A stretch of 64,000 bases of DNA from Methanobacteriota archaeon (GTDB taxonomy: Archaea; Thermoplasmatota; E2; DHVEG-1), in the NCBI GenBank assembly GCA_043806635.1, contig JAZDGT010000033.1:24336-88335 (forward strand). Direction: 5' to 3'. Both the position numbers and the translations under genes were made by a program. The notes beneath the pieces are model-generated. The model was not told where the DNA came from. It made no database searches and was given only the letters and a program-made list of their open reading frames with translations. Below are positions 30,019 through 40,086 of this stretch, piece by piece (within the stretch, counting starts at the first letter, position 1; each line of letters starts with the position of its first letter).

Positions 30019-31842
30019 CTATTTGGTATATTTTTCAAGTCCGAGTTCTTTGATTTTTTCAGGGGTAGGTATGCCGTTGTTATCCCACCCGCGAAGTGTA
30101 TAGTACTCCTGCATACTGTGCTGAAACTCGCCCTCAGGTATAACAATGTTTTTTGCGGGTCCTTTGGTAAAATTATCGTTGAAGAACCGAGGCGGTAAGG
30201 TGTCGGTAGTTGAATCAAGTCCTTCTCTGAGGTTGAATAATCTGACGAGATTCCAGATTCGCTCCCCAGCTTTTAAATAACTTTGAACGGTATGGTCAAA
30301 TCCTGTTGCCAGGTTCCAGAGGGCTACACAGTCCTGTTCGGAAATAGGGGCGAAGTCACAGAGAACCAACGAAAAGAATGCTGCACGTTCGTCTTGTATC
30401 TTTTTTACTAACGCTGCTTTCTTGGTGAAGGAGAACCGTTGGTAATCCGGGTTGTTGAGTTCTGTAGTAACAGTCCATGCTCGTTGATGGCATCCTCCTC
30501 GATCAGATGTTGCATAGGCTAGGCCCATACCGAAGCTTCCGCGTGGATCGTACCCAGGGATTTCTAGTCCTTTCACATGCACGGCTAATTGTTCAGCTTG
30601 TTTACCGAGTTTCTGTGCCGCTGTCCGGACGCCTTCCGCAAGACTTGTGCAGACCCTTGTTTTTTTATAGGCAATATCTTCCATAAGTGTTGCTAACTCT
30701 TTGGTTTTACCCCAACCGATAGAAGTGCCTCCAAGATCTTCACGGGTGATGATGCCTTTTGTATATGCTTCAATAGTAAATCCGAGTACGCCACCAAGGG
30801 AGATGGAATCAAAACCAAGTTCATTACATCGTTTGTTGAGATAGGCGACTTCTTCGATGGTACGAATCCCAAGGTTCGAACCCATGAGCGCAATGGTCTC
30901 GTATTCTGGTCCTACAAGAGTTACTCCTTTGTAGGGCCCAGATTTTATAGAAGATTTATTCCAACACGCGATAATACAGTTAAAACAGGCGCCTCCCTTG
31001 TCAACAATACGGTTCTGCATCGACTCAGCGTTGATGGCTTCACCATGCTCGAAGGTTCCTTCTTGGTAGTTTCTTGTAGGGATAAATCCCCAGTCGTTGA
31101 CCGGTTTCACCAAGTAAGGAGTTCCAAATTTTCTTCGTATGGGAACAAAACCGTTATTCCGGATTTTTTGAAGGACTTCTTGTGCTTTCTCTTGGAATCC
31201 TTCTGCATCATGTACGGGGATTTTGTTGTTTCCGCGGAGCGCTATGGCTTTGAGGTTCTTGGATCCCATGACTGCTCCGGCTCCACCCCTTCCAGCGTGG
31301 CGATGTCCGTCTACGGTGATAGCTGAGAATTTAACAAGGTTTTCTCCTGCGGGCCCGATGAGCGCTGTTTTTACGTTTCCTTCTTGTCTTTGAAGCCATT
31401 CGTGGGTGTCCAAACATTCTTTTCCCCAGATGTCTTTGGCGTCTTTGAACTCGACGGCATCATTGTTGATTGTTATATATAGGGGTTTATCAGCTCGTCC
31501 GGTGAGGCTGATGATATCCCATCCTGCTTTTTTTTGTTCGACGGCAAAGCTTCCGCCGAAATGAGAATCTAGGAATAAACCGGTTTGTGGGGATTTGGTT
31601 ACTATAGTTCCCCGGCCAGAGGTTTGTGCTTTGGTTCCAGTGAGTGGTCCGGTGGTAAGCAGGAGTATGTTTTTTGGTGATAACGGCTCTGTTTTTCTTG
31701 GAAGGTTATCAAAGAGAAGTTTGGCTCCTAGTCCTTTTGCTCCTATGAATTGTTTAGCATCATGGAGATCGGTTTTTTGGGTTGCTATGGTACGGTTCGT
31801 AAGATGTATCGTGAGTATGTTGCCTGTGTATCCCCCAGTCAT
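30019..31842 (-). CDS. aor: Aldehyde:ferredoxin oxidoreductase family (W/Mo-pterin)
   Basis: KSPQTG..DSHFGG, AGRGGAGAVMGSKNLKA, CFNCIIAC, GPEYET, DRGGCH, YYTLRGWD. Confidence 0.92.
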   Translation of the reverse strand: MTGGYTGNILTIHLTNRTIATQKTDLHDAKQFIGAKGLGAKLLFDNLPRKTEPLSPKNILLLTTGPLTGTKAQTSGRGTIVTKSPQTGLFLDSHFGGSFAVEQKKAGWDIISLTGRADKPLYITINNDAVEFKDAKDIWGKECLDTHEWLQRQEGNVKTALIGPAGENLVKFSAITVDGHRHAGRGGAGAVMGSKNLKAIALRGNNKIPVHDAEGFQEKAQEVLQKIRNNGFVPIRRKFGTPYLVKPVNDWGFIPTRNYQEGTFEHGEAINAESMQNRIVDKGGACFNCIIACWNKSSIKSGPYKGVTLVGPEYETIALMGSNLGIRTIEEVAYLNKRCNELGFDSISLGGVLGFTIEAYTKGIITREDLGGTSIGWGKTKELATLMEDIAYKKTRVCTSLAEGVRTAAQKLGKQAEQLAVHVKGLEIPGYDPRGSFGMGLAYATSDRGGCHQRAWTVTTELNNPDYQRFSFTKKAALVKKIQDERAAFFSLVLCDFAPISEQDCVALWNLATGFDHTVQSYLKAGERIWNLVRLFNLREGLDSTTDTLPPRFFNDNFTKGPAKNIVIPEGEFQHSMQEYYTLRGWDNNGIPTPEKIKELGLEKYTK

Positions 31843-31846
31843 ACGT

Positions 31847-32926
31847 TCACACTTCTTTCATCTCAACACTATTCTTTTTATTCGGTTGTTTCTTTTGTGA
31901 GATGCGATTAATCGTGAGAAGATCTATAAGAAGGGCAAATCCTGTTTGGCGGCGACCTGCACCGGGTCCGACGATAGTAACTGGTCCTAGTTCATCGGTT
32001 AGGTAGGTTAACGCGTTTGTGGCATCGTTTATTCCTGTAAGTGGGTCGCTGAGTGGTAGTTTTTCTGGCCATACTTTGGCTTTCACAGAACCATCGCGTT
32101 GTATCTCAGCGTTGCCGATGAGTTTCCATCGTTTTCCTTCTGTTTTTGCTGCGGCGATATCTTTTGTGGTGATTTCGGCGATGCCTTTTCTTTGGACGTC
32201 GTCCCAGCTGATTTTTTTTCCTAATACGACCGTGGTTAAAATAACTACTTTTCCTAGCGTGTCCCATCCTTCGACGTCTCCGGTGGGGTCTGCTTCTGCG
32301 TATCCTAATTGTTGGGCTTTTTGTAACGCGTCCTCATAGGACATTCCTTCTTCCATGCGAGTGAGAATATAGTTGGTGGTTCCGTTGAGGATGCCTTTGA
32401 ATCCGGTGATGATATTCCCTGCGAGAGTGTAGTGGGCAAGGTTTAAGGCGGGGGTGCCTGCTAGGACAACGCCTTCGAATCCGTAGTGGACATGGTTTGC
32501 CTCAGCTATCTTAAGTAATTCTTTTGCTTGTTTAATGACGGGTCCTTTGTTTGATGATACGACGTGTTTGCCGTGTTGGAGGGCGGTTTTTACGTGTGTT
32601 ATTGCTGGTTCTCCTGTTTTGACGTCGGTGAAGGTAACCTCAATGATGGTATCTGCGTTGGTTTCGGTAATCGTCTTTAGACTATTCATTCCTTTTATTC
32701 CGGTAGGGTATTCATCCAGTTTTTTGTTGTTCTTCACAAGGTTCAGTATTTTGTGTAAGTCAAGGCCGTGTTCGTCATAGACTGATCCTTTTTGGATATC
32801 AGAAATGGCAACGACGGTGTAGTGGAAATCATAGGTTTTCGCCAGCATGTCTTTTTTTTCAAGTAATATTTCGGTGAGTCCTTGTGCAACCGTCCCGTAT
32901 CCGATAAAGGCGATGTGGAATTGCAT
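31847..32926 (-). CDS. hom: Homoserine dehydrogenase (no ACT domain)
   Basis: GYGTV, HVVSSNKGP, GILNGTTNYIL, GYAEADPTGDVEG.D, GPGAG. Confidence 0.92.
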   Translation of the reverse strand: MQFHIAFIGYGTVAQGLTEILLEKKDMLAKTYDFHYTVVAISDIQKGSVYDEHGLDLHKILNLVKNNKKLDEYPTGIKGMNSLKTITETNADTIIEVTFTDVKTGEPAITHVKTALQHGKHVVSSNKGPVIKQAKELLKIAEANHVHYGFEGVVLAGTPALNLAHYTLAGNIITGFKGILNGTTNYILTRMEEGMSYEDALQKAQQLGYAEADPTGDVEGWDTLGKVVILTTVVLGKKISWDDVQRKGIAEITTKDIAAAKTEGKRWKLIGNAEIQRDGSVKAKVWPEKLPLSDPLTGINDATNALTYLTDELGPVTIVGPGAGRRQTGFALLIDLLTINRISQKKQPNKKNSVEMKEV

Positions 32927-32928
32927 GG

Positions 32929-34203
32929 TTATGTCCTCTGGTGATGAAGATGTGGAGCTGCAACGAACGTTAGTCCTCGCTCTGTAAGTGCGCGAGCGGT
33001 GTTATTGATTGCTTCATGTTTGTCAAGGTAGTTTCTTAGGAGATGAGGCATGAGTTTTTTTTCTTCGATTTCGTTTTTAGGTAGGAAATAGTCGAGGATG
33101 TCGGAGGGGTGTTCTCTTTTGCTGTCTATTTTGATTTCTCCTCCTTCGTGTTTGGCGCTCATATTTTTTACATGTGTTGCGAGTTCGAGGATTTCTTCAC
33201 GTCGGTCATAGGGTTGGACGACGATGCTTTTGTATGTTTCTAAGATATGGTGTTCAAACCGTACGTAGTCTTCTAACCCCAGAGAGTGTCGTATCTCGTT
33301 ACTGAGGTCGATGGTGGTGTTGTTGACTGAGTTTGAGAAGTTAAATCCTACGAGTGATGTAGAGCCGTCTTCTCGTGAGAAGAAGCGGGCGGCCATTAGC
33401 GTCCAGAATATGGCGTAGGGGTTGTCGTTTCCCATGTATACGGAGATTTTGAATTCTATGTTGATTTCGAGTTTGTGGAGGAGGTAGCCTAGGAAGATTG
33501 TTCCTGGGTTGATGTTGAGGACTTGTTTCACTCCGTAGTTGGTGTAGTAGTAGAGGAATTCGTCTACCCATTTGAGGGGGTAGTCATTTGGTTGGCCGAC
33601 TCCTCCGAAGTAGCCGGTTATGGTTTCTGGTCCGCCCAAGTGGACGTTGGAGCCGTCTGTTCCTCTGGTATCGAGGGTTTCACACCAGCTCGCTCCGATG
33701 ATTTGCATGGCTGCGGTCATGGCGAGGAGGTCGTCGTCTTCTTCTTGTTCTTTCATGCAGCGAACGCGGATGAAGCGACCGGGCATGAGTTCTCCGTTTT
33801 TTACTGCTTGTCGGGCTTGGGTCATAAAGAAAGGGAAGTATTGGCAGGCGCTGATTTCTAAGGTAACGGCAAAATCCTCGTTGAATTCCATGTCTTTGAT
33901 TTTATCGCCTAGGATTTTTCTGCGGTAGTCGTTTATGGTGATAAAGGCTTTTTTACCTCGTTGTTCTAGTAGCCATTGGAGATCGTTGTAGTAGGGTGAG
34001 TTTTTTTGTTTTAGTCGTGTCATGAGGTTTTCGATTTTTCCTGCTTCGTTGGCTTTTCGGTTGATTTCTTCAGGGCCGCCGTATTTGTCGATTATTGATA
34101 GGAATTTGTTTATGATTTTGTTGTCTGGGTGTGTTAAAAAAGAGTTTATTTCTTCAAGTCTTTTTTTTTCGATGGCTAGTTTGTTTCGGATATCCGTAGG
34201 CAT
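32929..34203 (-). CDS. Hypothetical enzyme-sized protein, first gene of the hom-aor-aminotransferase operon
   Basis: About 424 aa; ATG 34203 with ggggagg RBS; motif-rich (ETLDTRGTDGSNVHLGG, GYFGGVGQP, EHH, KHEGG); no family recognised. Confidence 0.75.
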   Translation of the reverse strand: MPTDIRNKLAIEKKRLEEINSFLTHPDNKIINKFLSIIDKYGGPEEINRKANEAGKIENLMTRLKQKNSPYYNDLQWLLEQRGKKAFITINDYRRKILGDKIKDMEFNEDFAVTLEISACQYFPFFMTQARQAVKNGELMPGRFIRVRCMKEQEEDDDLLAMTAAMQIIGASWCETLDTRGTDGSNVHLGGPETITGYFGGVGQPNDYPLKWVDEFLYYYTNYGVKQVLNINPGTIFLGYLLHKLEINIEFKISVYMGNDNPYAIFWTLMAARFFSREDGSTSLVGFNFSNSVNNTTIDLSNEIRHSLGLEDYVRFEHHILETYKSIVVQPYDRREEILELATHVKNMSAKHEGGEIKIDSKREHPSDILDYFLPKNEIEEKKLMPHLLRNYLDKHEAINNTARALTERGLTFVAAPHLHHQRT

Positions 34204-34599
34204 GTTTTGTTCCTCCCCTTTTTTTATTTGTTTATGTCTGGGAAGCAAATCAGGCAGCGTTATAAATAATGTTTGGTTTTCCTGAAAAGTAGTTTGATTT
34301 TTGTGTCTGCACGTTAGAGTTCTATTTGTTGCTGTTGTTCTATATAAATTGTAAACATATTTTAATTTTTATGGAAATATTTAAATTAAAATGATGGATG
34401 CTTAAAGTAGAATGGGGGAGGAAAAATTTATATTAAAAAAAATGAGTTATTGAGAAAAAGTTTGGTATTAGGAATAGTAACACTGTTTGTTGAAATGAAT
34501 AGTGCATCGACCACAAGCAATGGTACCACTACCTTTGAAGGGTTTGTCAATAAAAATAATTATCTATAAAATTTGAAGTATCAAAAAATGAAAAAACTG

Positions 34600-34738
34600 C
34601 TCAACAGGTATAAAAACAAATTTTTTACCAGTAAAACGGAGTCGAAATCCCACTCCCCGCGCTAATTATTAGCACGGTTAGTTAACGGAAGGGAAATACA
34701 ATTTTTTTATAGTAAATTGACGCTCAAATCCCGACGGG
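34600..34738 (+). repeat. Cassette-end motif copy B plus homologue of the sequence that follows tRNA-Ser
   Basis: ctcaacag..gagtcgaaatcccactccccgcg; 34662-34737 aligns with 26655-26729 (ctaattatta.cacggtta.ttaac..aaatccc.acgg). Confidence 0.85.
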
Positions 34739-35118
34739 ATCATCCGGTCATTTTTTCTCCTGTAGAAAAATTGTAAAAATGTAGTTTTCTTCTATAAAAG
34801 TGATGGAGGGGGCTTTGTCCCCGAAATGTAGCTATTCCCGATGATTTTAGAGGATATACATTTTGATGAGTATTAATTTTTTAGGTAATTTTTTCCAGGA
34901 GAAATCCTCCGAGATTATAACGAATATTTCCCTTTTAATTACCAAAATATGAGTTCAGTGAAAACACATCTGTTGGCCAGGGAAAAAAAGTTTTAAGGAT
35001 AATCCGCATAAGCGAAAGAAATATTATCGATGTTTCCTGCAACAGTTGACGGTTAAGAGGAGATTTGAATCACTGAGGAAATATCTGGAATTGGTTGTGA
35101 TTCTCGCTATGTTTTCAC

Positions 35119-35394
35119 TTAAATGTTTTTTGATCTGAGTTCATCTTGAATATTGCGAGCCCGTATTTTCCATATCACTATTACTATTTTTAAAACAGAT
35201 AAAATAAAAATAACTGTTGCTGCTATCACTATAAAATATTCTCTACGTATAAAGGCTAGGTAGAAAATACAGCTAATAATAACCAAAGTTATGAGAGATA
35301 TTGCTAATGTCGTCTTTTCCCTTATCGTAATCTGAGCTACCTCTTTTGAAGTCGTATCAGGGCTATATTTCAGCATAAAAATATCGAACAACAT
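35119..35394 (-). CDS. Small membrane protein, possibly a truncated remnant
   Basis: Two TM segments; upstream frame interrupted by stops. Confidence 0.4.
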   Translation of the reverse strand: MLFDIFMLKYSPDTTSKEVAQITIREKTTLAISLITLVIISCIFYLAFIRREYFIVIAATVIFILSVLKIVIVIWKIRARNIQDELRSKNI

Positions 35395-35558
35395 CTTTCT
35401 TTGAGGTTATAAAATTTTCTCTTGCCATTCATTGTTCTGTGGTAATTTTTTAGATATTCAAATCAATAGGTTATCAACTTTGTTTGAAAAATCTGAGAAT
35501 AGTAACTTTTATATTACGGGTTAGATTTTCTGTCAAGGGAGCGTTATGAGGAGAAAAA

Positions 35559-36095
35559 ATGAGGCAAGATAAAAAAATACATAAAAGGGATATCGTGGTA
35601 CTTGTTTCAGCTCTCTTCATATTTTGGGTCTTGTTAACATCTGACTTTTCGTATTTTTCATTAATTTTGGGAATATGCGTTTCAATTTCGATTGGTTTGG
35701 TTTCTACGAAGTTTGTAATTACTGATGTAAAAGGTAGACGGAAAACATTCAAGGAATATTTCTTTGCGATTGAACATCTGGTTGGTATAGTTACCACTAC
35801 AATATTCAGGATAATTATTGCGAATGGCCAATTGATATATCAAGCAGTAACGCTGAAGATTTATCCAAAAATTGTAAGGGTTAAGGTTAATTTGAGATCC
35901 GATGTCGAACTGACAATACTCTCTCATTTGATAACACTCACACCCGGAACACTAGTTATCGATATACAAGATGCAGAAGACGGTGGTTCATACTTATATG
36001 TTCATTTTTCGTACTTGAAGGCTAAGCATTTGGGAAAATATATAGAAAATACCATTGGGCAATGGGATAAAATGATAGGAGCGTTATTTAAATGA
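35559..36095 (+). CDS. mnhE: Mrp/Mnh antiporter subunit E (MbhA-like)
   Basis: ITLTPGTLVID motif. Confidence 0.88.
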   Translation: MRQDKKIHKRDIVVLVSALFIFWVLLTSDFSYFSLILGICVSISIGLVSTKFVITDVKGRRKTFKEYFFAIEHLVGIVTTTIFRIIIANGQLIYQAVTLKIYPKIVRVKVNLRSDVELTILSHLITLTPGTLVIDIQDAEDGGSYLYVHFSYLKAKHLGKYIENTIGQWDKMIGALFK

Positions 36096-36343
36096 TGATC
36101 TTCGTGTATGTATTGTTAATCACTGCGATATTATCGTCGTATCGTTTATTTGTTGGACCGACTATACAAGATAGGCTTGTCTCTTTGAGCTGTGTTTCAG
36201 TGATACTTATCATTATTTTAATAATTCTTAGCATTCATTACAATCAAATGTTTTATCTTGATATAGCTATAACATTTCTTTTACTGGATTTTGTCGGCAC
36301 GATAGCATTCACAACGTATCTTGGACGAGAGGAGACAAAATGA
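36092..36343 (+). CDS. mnhF: Mrp/Mnh antiporter subunit F
   Basis: GPTIQDRLVSL, YLDIA..LLDFVGT. Confidence 0.88.
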   Translation: MMIFVYVLLITAILSSYRLFVGPTIQDRLVSLSCVSVILIIILIILSIHYNQMFYLDIAITFLLLDFVGTIAFTTYLGREETK

Positions 36344-36699
36344 ATATTATTTTGGAATTGCTGTCTCTTCTCTTTATATCTATAGGATGCTTTGTGATGT
36401 TATCTGCTGCTCTTGGTTTATATCGCTTTCCCGACATTTACATGCGTTTACACTCAAGTACAAAAGTGAACACTGGCGGTGCAATGACATTACTTTTTGG
36501 ATTAATGCTTAGAACTGGTATAAGCGCTCTGTCAGCAAAGATTTTTATTATAATAGCACTTATATTTATCCTGACTCCTGTTGTTTCTCATGCGATTGCT
36601 CGATCTGCGCATTTACAAAGTAAAACACCGATAATTTCTTTTGAAGCACATCCGAAGAAAAAATATGAGTATCATGATTTCTTTAGGAGAAAACAATGA
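36340..36699 (+). CDS. mnhG: Mrp/Mnh antiporter subunit G
   Basis: GLYRFPDIYMRLH..TK, TPVVSHAIARSA. Confidence 0.9.
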   Translation: MNIILELLSLLFISIGCFVMLSAALGLYRFPDIYMRLHSSTKVNTGGAMTLLFGLMLRTGISALSAKIFIIIALIFILTPVVSHAIARSAHLQSKTPIISFEAHPKKKYEYHDFFRRKQ

Positions 36700-36926
36700 T
36701 TGAACAAGTTCTTTTGATTTCCTTGGTAATCTTTTCGATTCTTGTTGTAGTGGAAAAACAATTATTGAGATCAGTAGTATTCCTGGCCTCAAGTACTGTA
36801 CTGCTTGTTGTACTATTGTTTCTTTTACAGGCACCTGATGTTGCGATAACAATGGCTGTGGTTGGTACTGGCGCAACAACCATCCTTTATCTCACAGTGA
36901 TTAAGAAAGTAGGTGGATTAAAATGA
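36696..36926 (+). CDS. MbhD/DUF4040-like antiporter subunit
   Basis: LQAPDVAIT.AVVG motif. Confidence 0.82.
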   Translation: MIEQVLLISLVIFSILVVVEKQLLRSVVFLASSTVLLVVLLFLLQAPDVAITMAVVGTGATTILYLTVIKKVGGLK

Positions 36927-37192
36927 AAATGGATATAGTGGGGAAGTTTGCGGTGGCTTGCATCCTATCACTTTTTGGAATAATCATTATTTCATCTACG
37001 ATGCTTACATATTCCACCACCTTAACTTCAGAGATATCGGAATATTGTCTAGAAAATTTGTTCCTTACCGGTGCAATAAATGCTGTCTGCGCGATTTTAT
37101 TGGATTTTAGAGCATATGACACTCTAGGGGAGATTTTGATCATATTTGTTACTATTTCTGGGGTTATGCTGCTGGCAGGGAGGCGAAGATGA
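36923..37192 (+). CDS. MbhE-like antiporter subunit
   Basis: NAV.AILLDFRAYDTLGE motif. Confidence 0.85.
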   Translation: MKMDIVGKFAVACILSLFGIIIISSTMLTYSTTLTSEISEYCLENLFLTGAINAVCAILLDFRAYDTLGEILIIFVTISGVMLLAGRRR

Positions 37193-37572
37193 CTTCCAGA
37201 ATCGTTAAAACAGCAGCAAGAGCACTTTTCCCGTTTATATTGCTGTTAGGGATTTATATTATCTTTTATGGCCATTTATCACCCGGTGGAGGCTTTCAGG
37301 GTGGTGTCATTTTAGCAATGGCAGTACTATTAGTTATTATAGTATATGGGGGAAGCAGAGTTCAAAAATTTATTCCATATCTCTCTTTTGTAGAGATTGC
37401 TGGTGTAACTTTATTCATTATTGTTGGAATATCGGGTATTGTCAGTGGAAAACAATTTTTAACAAATCTCGGTACGATCCCTTTACTGAACATTGTAATT
37501 GGTTTAAAGGTATTTGCGGGTTTAGTTTTAATGTATATATTTCTCATTAGATGGGAGTTGAAAAATGATTAA
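37189..37572 (+). CDS. mnhB: Mrp/Mnh antiporter subunit B
   Basis: GHLSPGGGFQGG motif. Confidence 0.9.
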   Translation: MTSRIVKTAARALFPFILLLGIYIIFYGHLSPGGGFQGGVILAMAVLLVIIVYGGSRVQKFIPYLSFVEIAGVTLFIIVGISGIVSGKQFLTNLGTIPLLNIVIGLKVFAGLVLMYIFLIRWELKND

Positions 37573-37888
37573 TGGATTTAACATAGGGATCATTCTTTTT
37601 TTGATAGGTTTGTATGGTATTATCACCAATAAAAACGTAATTAAAATAATTATGTCAATGGGCATAATGGGAAATGGTGTTGTGTTATTTTTCATCTCAT
37701 TAGGATATGTTGTTGACAGCGCAGCACCAATCCTGACATCGGGAGTTGAAAACATTGTTGATCCATTACCTCAGGCGCTCATGCTTACTATGATTGTAAT
37801 AAATCTGTGCATGACTGCACTAGCTTTAACTATTGTCGTCTGGCTTTATCATGAATTTGGCACCTTAGATTTGGGAGAGATGAGATGA
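37565..37888 (+). CDS. mnhC: Mrp/Mnh antiporter subunit C
   Basis: DPLPQALMLT.IVI motif. Confidence 0.9.
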   Translation: MINGFNIGIILFLIGLYGIITNKNVIKIIMSMGIMGNGVVLFFISLGYVVDSAAPILTSGVENIVDPLPQALMLTMIVINLCMTALALTIVVWLYHEFGTLDLGEMR

Positions 37889-39546
37889 TAGAACATCTTC
37901 CAATATTTTTGTTAATAACCCCGCTACTATCGGCATTATGTGTTGCTTTAATTTCCTTGGTTTCAAAAACAGAATGGATTCAAAAAACCATAGCATTTAT
38001 CGGGTTGTCTCTCCCATTTTTTTATTTGACATTTCTGTTTCAAGAATTATCTAAAGGAGTAATAGAATATGATATGGGGGGATGGGTTAAGCCATATGCC
38101 GTAACATTAGTCGTAGATGAATTGGCATTTACCCTAGCACTCATCACCTCAATTATCACATTCTTGTGTTTTATTTATTCTATAAAATATATGAGAGGAA
38201 CGGATAGCAAATTCTATTTTTTCTTTCTCCTAATGGTCACTGGTTTATATGGCATCTTCCTGACTGGTGATATTTTTAATCTCTATGTTTTTTTTGAGCT
38301 TACCGTCATTTGCAGTTATATCCTTATAACATTTGGTGATAAGAAAACATCGTTAAAAGCTTCTTTCAAATATCTTATACTGGGGAGTATAGCATCCTTC
38401 TTTTTTTTGCTAGGGATAGGATTGCTGTATATTAAAACAGGTTTGCTAAATATTGAATATCTATCAATGCATATTCATAAAATTGACACTCAAACGCAGA
38501 TGGTTATATTTTCATTGTTTTTAGGAGCTATAGGTATTAAAGCTGCAATAATACCGTTTCATACATGGTTGGTAAGTGCACATTCAACGGCGCCCTCGCC
38601 AATTTCCGCTATTTTATCAGGCATTACTGTAAAAACCGGCATTTACATTTTTATAAGAGTTTTTGCTCTCGGTTTTACGTTACAAAACCTGAATGAAATT
38701 ATAATGGTCTTTGGTGCGATAACCGCATTGGGCGGAGTTATAGGTGCTTTGGTTGAGTGGGACATCAAACGGTTATTGGCGTACCATACAATTTCACAGA
38801 TAGGCTTTATCGTCGTAGGCATTGGGACATTTTCAACTATAGGTGTAGCTGGTGGACTATATCATATTGTGAATCATGCTATCTTCAAAGGTTTATTGTT
38901 TTTATGTGCAGGCGCGATAATTTACAGAACTGGTACTAAAGATATTAGAGAACATGGTATAGGAAAAACCATGCCTGTTACTCTGGTAACGTATATAATT
39001 GCAGCATTAGCTATCTCTGGTATTACACCAATTAATGGCGCTGTCAGCAAATCAATGATAGAATCATCTGTATATGATTACCCTATAATATGGCTGATTT
39101 TAGTTTTCGCTACTATAGGGACTATTACCACGTTTTCCAAGATATTATATTATTCCTTCATCAAATCTGCAAAAAAAGATAAAGAGACATCAAAATATCA
39201 TGAGGTTCCATTCTCAATGCAACTATCCATGATTGTTTTAGCGTTCTTATGTATTCTCCTAGGCGTTCTTCCAAATTTATGGTTAAACAATCTAATATTA
39301 CCAGCAACAGCATCTATTGTGGGAGCGTATAACAATATACAAATCAGTTTGTTTGAACCTTTCTCGATTTTTAAAGAATGGCTAATTGTTGCACTAGGCC
39401 TCCTCCTTCTCAAGGTTATTATAGTACGATCAAAAGACATTGATAGACTAAGGAGATTAATCTCAAAATTCAATTTGAATATATGCATATTCTTGATGAT
39501 TATTACATTGATCCTGGTGTTTATTGTTCTCGAGGTGTTCAATTAG
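37885..39546 (+). CDS. mnhD: Mrp/Mnh antiporter subunit D (NuoN/MbhH-like)
   Basis: TGDIFNLYVFFE, PFHTWL..AH..APSPISAILSG, KRLLAYHTISQIG, NHAIFKGLLF. Confidence 0.92.
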   Translation: MIEHLPIFLLITPLLSALCVALISLVSKTEWIQKTIAFIGLSLPFFYLTFLFQELSKGVIEYDMGGWVKPYAVTLVVDELAFTLALITSIITFLCFIYSIKYMRGTDSKFYFFFLLMVTGLYGIFLTGDIFNLYVFFELTVICSYILITFGDKKTSLKASFKYLILGSIASFFFLLGIGLLYIKTGLLNIEYLSMHIHKIDTQTQMVIFSLFLGAIGIKAAIIPFHTWLVSAHSTAPSPISAILSGITVKTGIYIFIRVFALGFTLQNLNEIIMVFGAITALGGVIGALVEWDIKRLLAYHTISQIGFIVVGIGTFSTIGVAGGLYHIVNHAIFKGLLFLCAGAIIYRTGTKDIREHGIGKTMPVTLVTYIIAALAISGITPINGAVSKSMIESSVYDYPIIWLILVFATIGTITTFSKILYYSFIKSAKKDKETSKYHEVPFSMQLSMIVLAFLCILLGVLPNLWLNNLILPATASIVGAYNNIQISLFEPFSIFKEWLIVALGLLLLKVIIVRSKDIDRLRRLISKFNLNICIFLMIITLILVFIVLEVFN

Positions 39547-39876
39547 TCATCATATTATGATGAAATTACTAATCAGCGACTGAAAAGTGACACTACCAAA
39601 CCAACCAATCTGATTACCTATCTGATACATATCGATATCGTATTTCTCCATCCCACAGATCCTATCATTTTAAAGGAGTAGAATTAGTTTTGGGGATTTT
39701 ACTCTGGTTCAGTACCCACTCCAGCGGCTTTCGGTAATGGGGGCTTTGAAGATTCGGTAACCAAATCCCATCAGGGAGTACTATCACCAATGGTGAAAAG
39801 CCTTTCACCCATGAACATTTTAGTAGTAGCAGGTATCCTCGATGCAAGCATCTTACATCAATAGATAATATTATTG

Positions 39877-39938
39877 TTCAACAGATATGATACCATCAAA
39901 TGTGTTAACAAATACGAGTCCGAATCTCTCCCCCCGCG
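39877..39938 (+). repeat. Cassette-end motif copy C
   Basis: tcaacagatat..caaatgtgttaacaaatacgagtccgaatctctccccccgcg. Confidence 0.85.
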
Positions 39939-40086
39939 CACTCTTTTTTTACCAGTAGATACGTAACAAAATCTCATTCTTAACATACGTTTTACCCAAG
40001 AACGCGAAAGAAATGGAGTTTATTAAGGGGTACGCTATGTAGGGAGTACGCTCGCAAGTACAGGATTGAATCATCAGGTGATATAA

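Noticed and set aside
34412..34569. Signal-peptide-like remnant (LRKSLVLGIVTLFV)
   Set aside because: Frameshifted, short and not assignable; at most a decayed gene.
34941..34976. Possible fifth partial Ser motif (accaaaatatgagttcag)
   Set aside because: Short AT-rich match lacking the tRNA 3' end; could be chance.
39665..39847. 60-aa ORF after mnhD
   Set aside because: No recognisable motif or RBS; likely a remnant.
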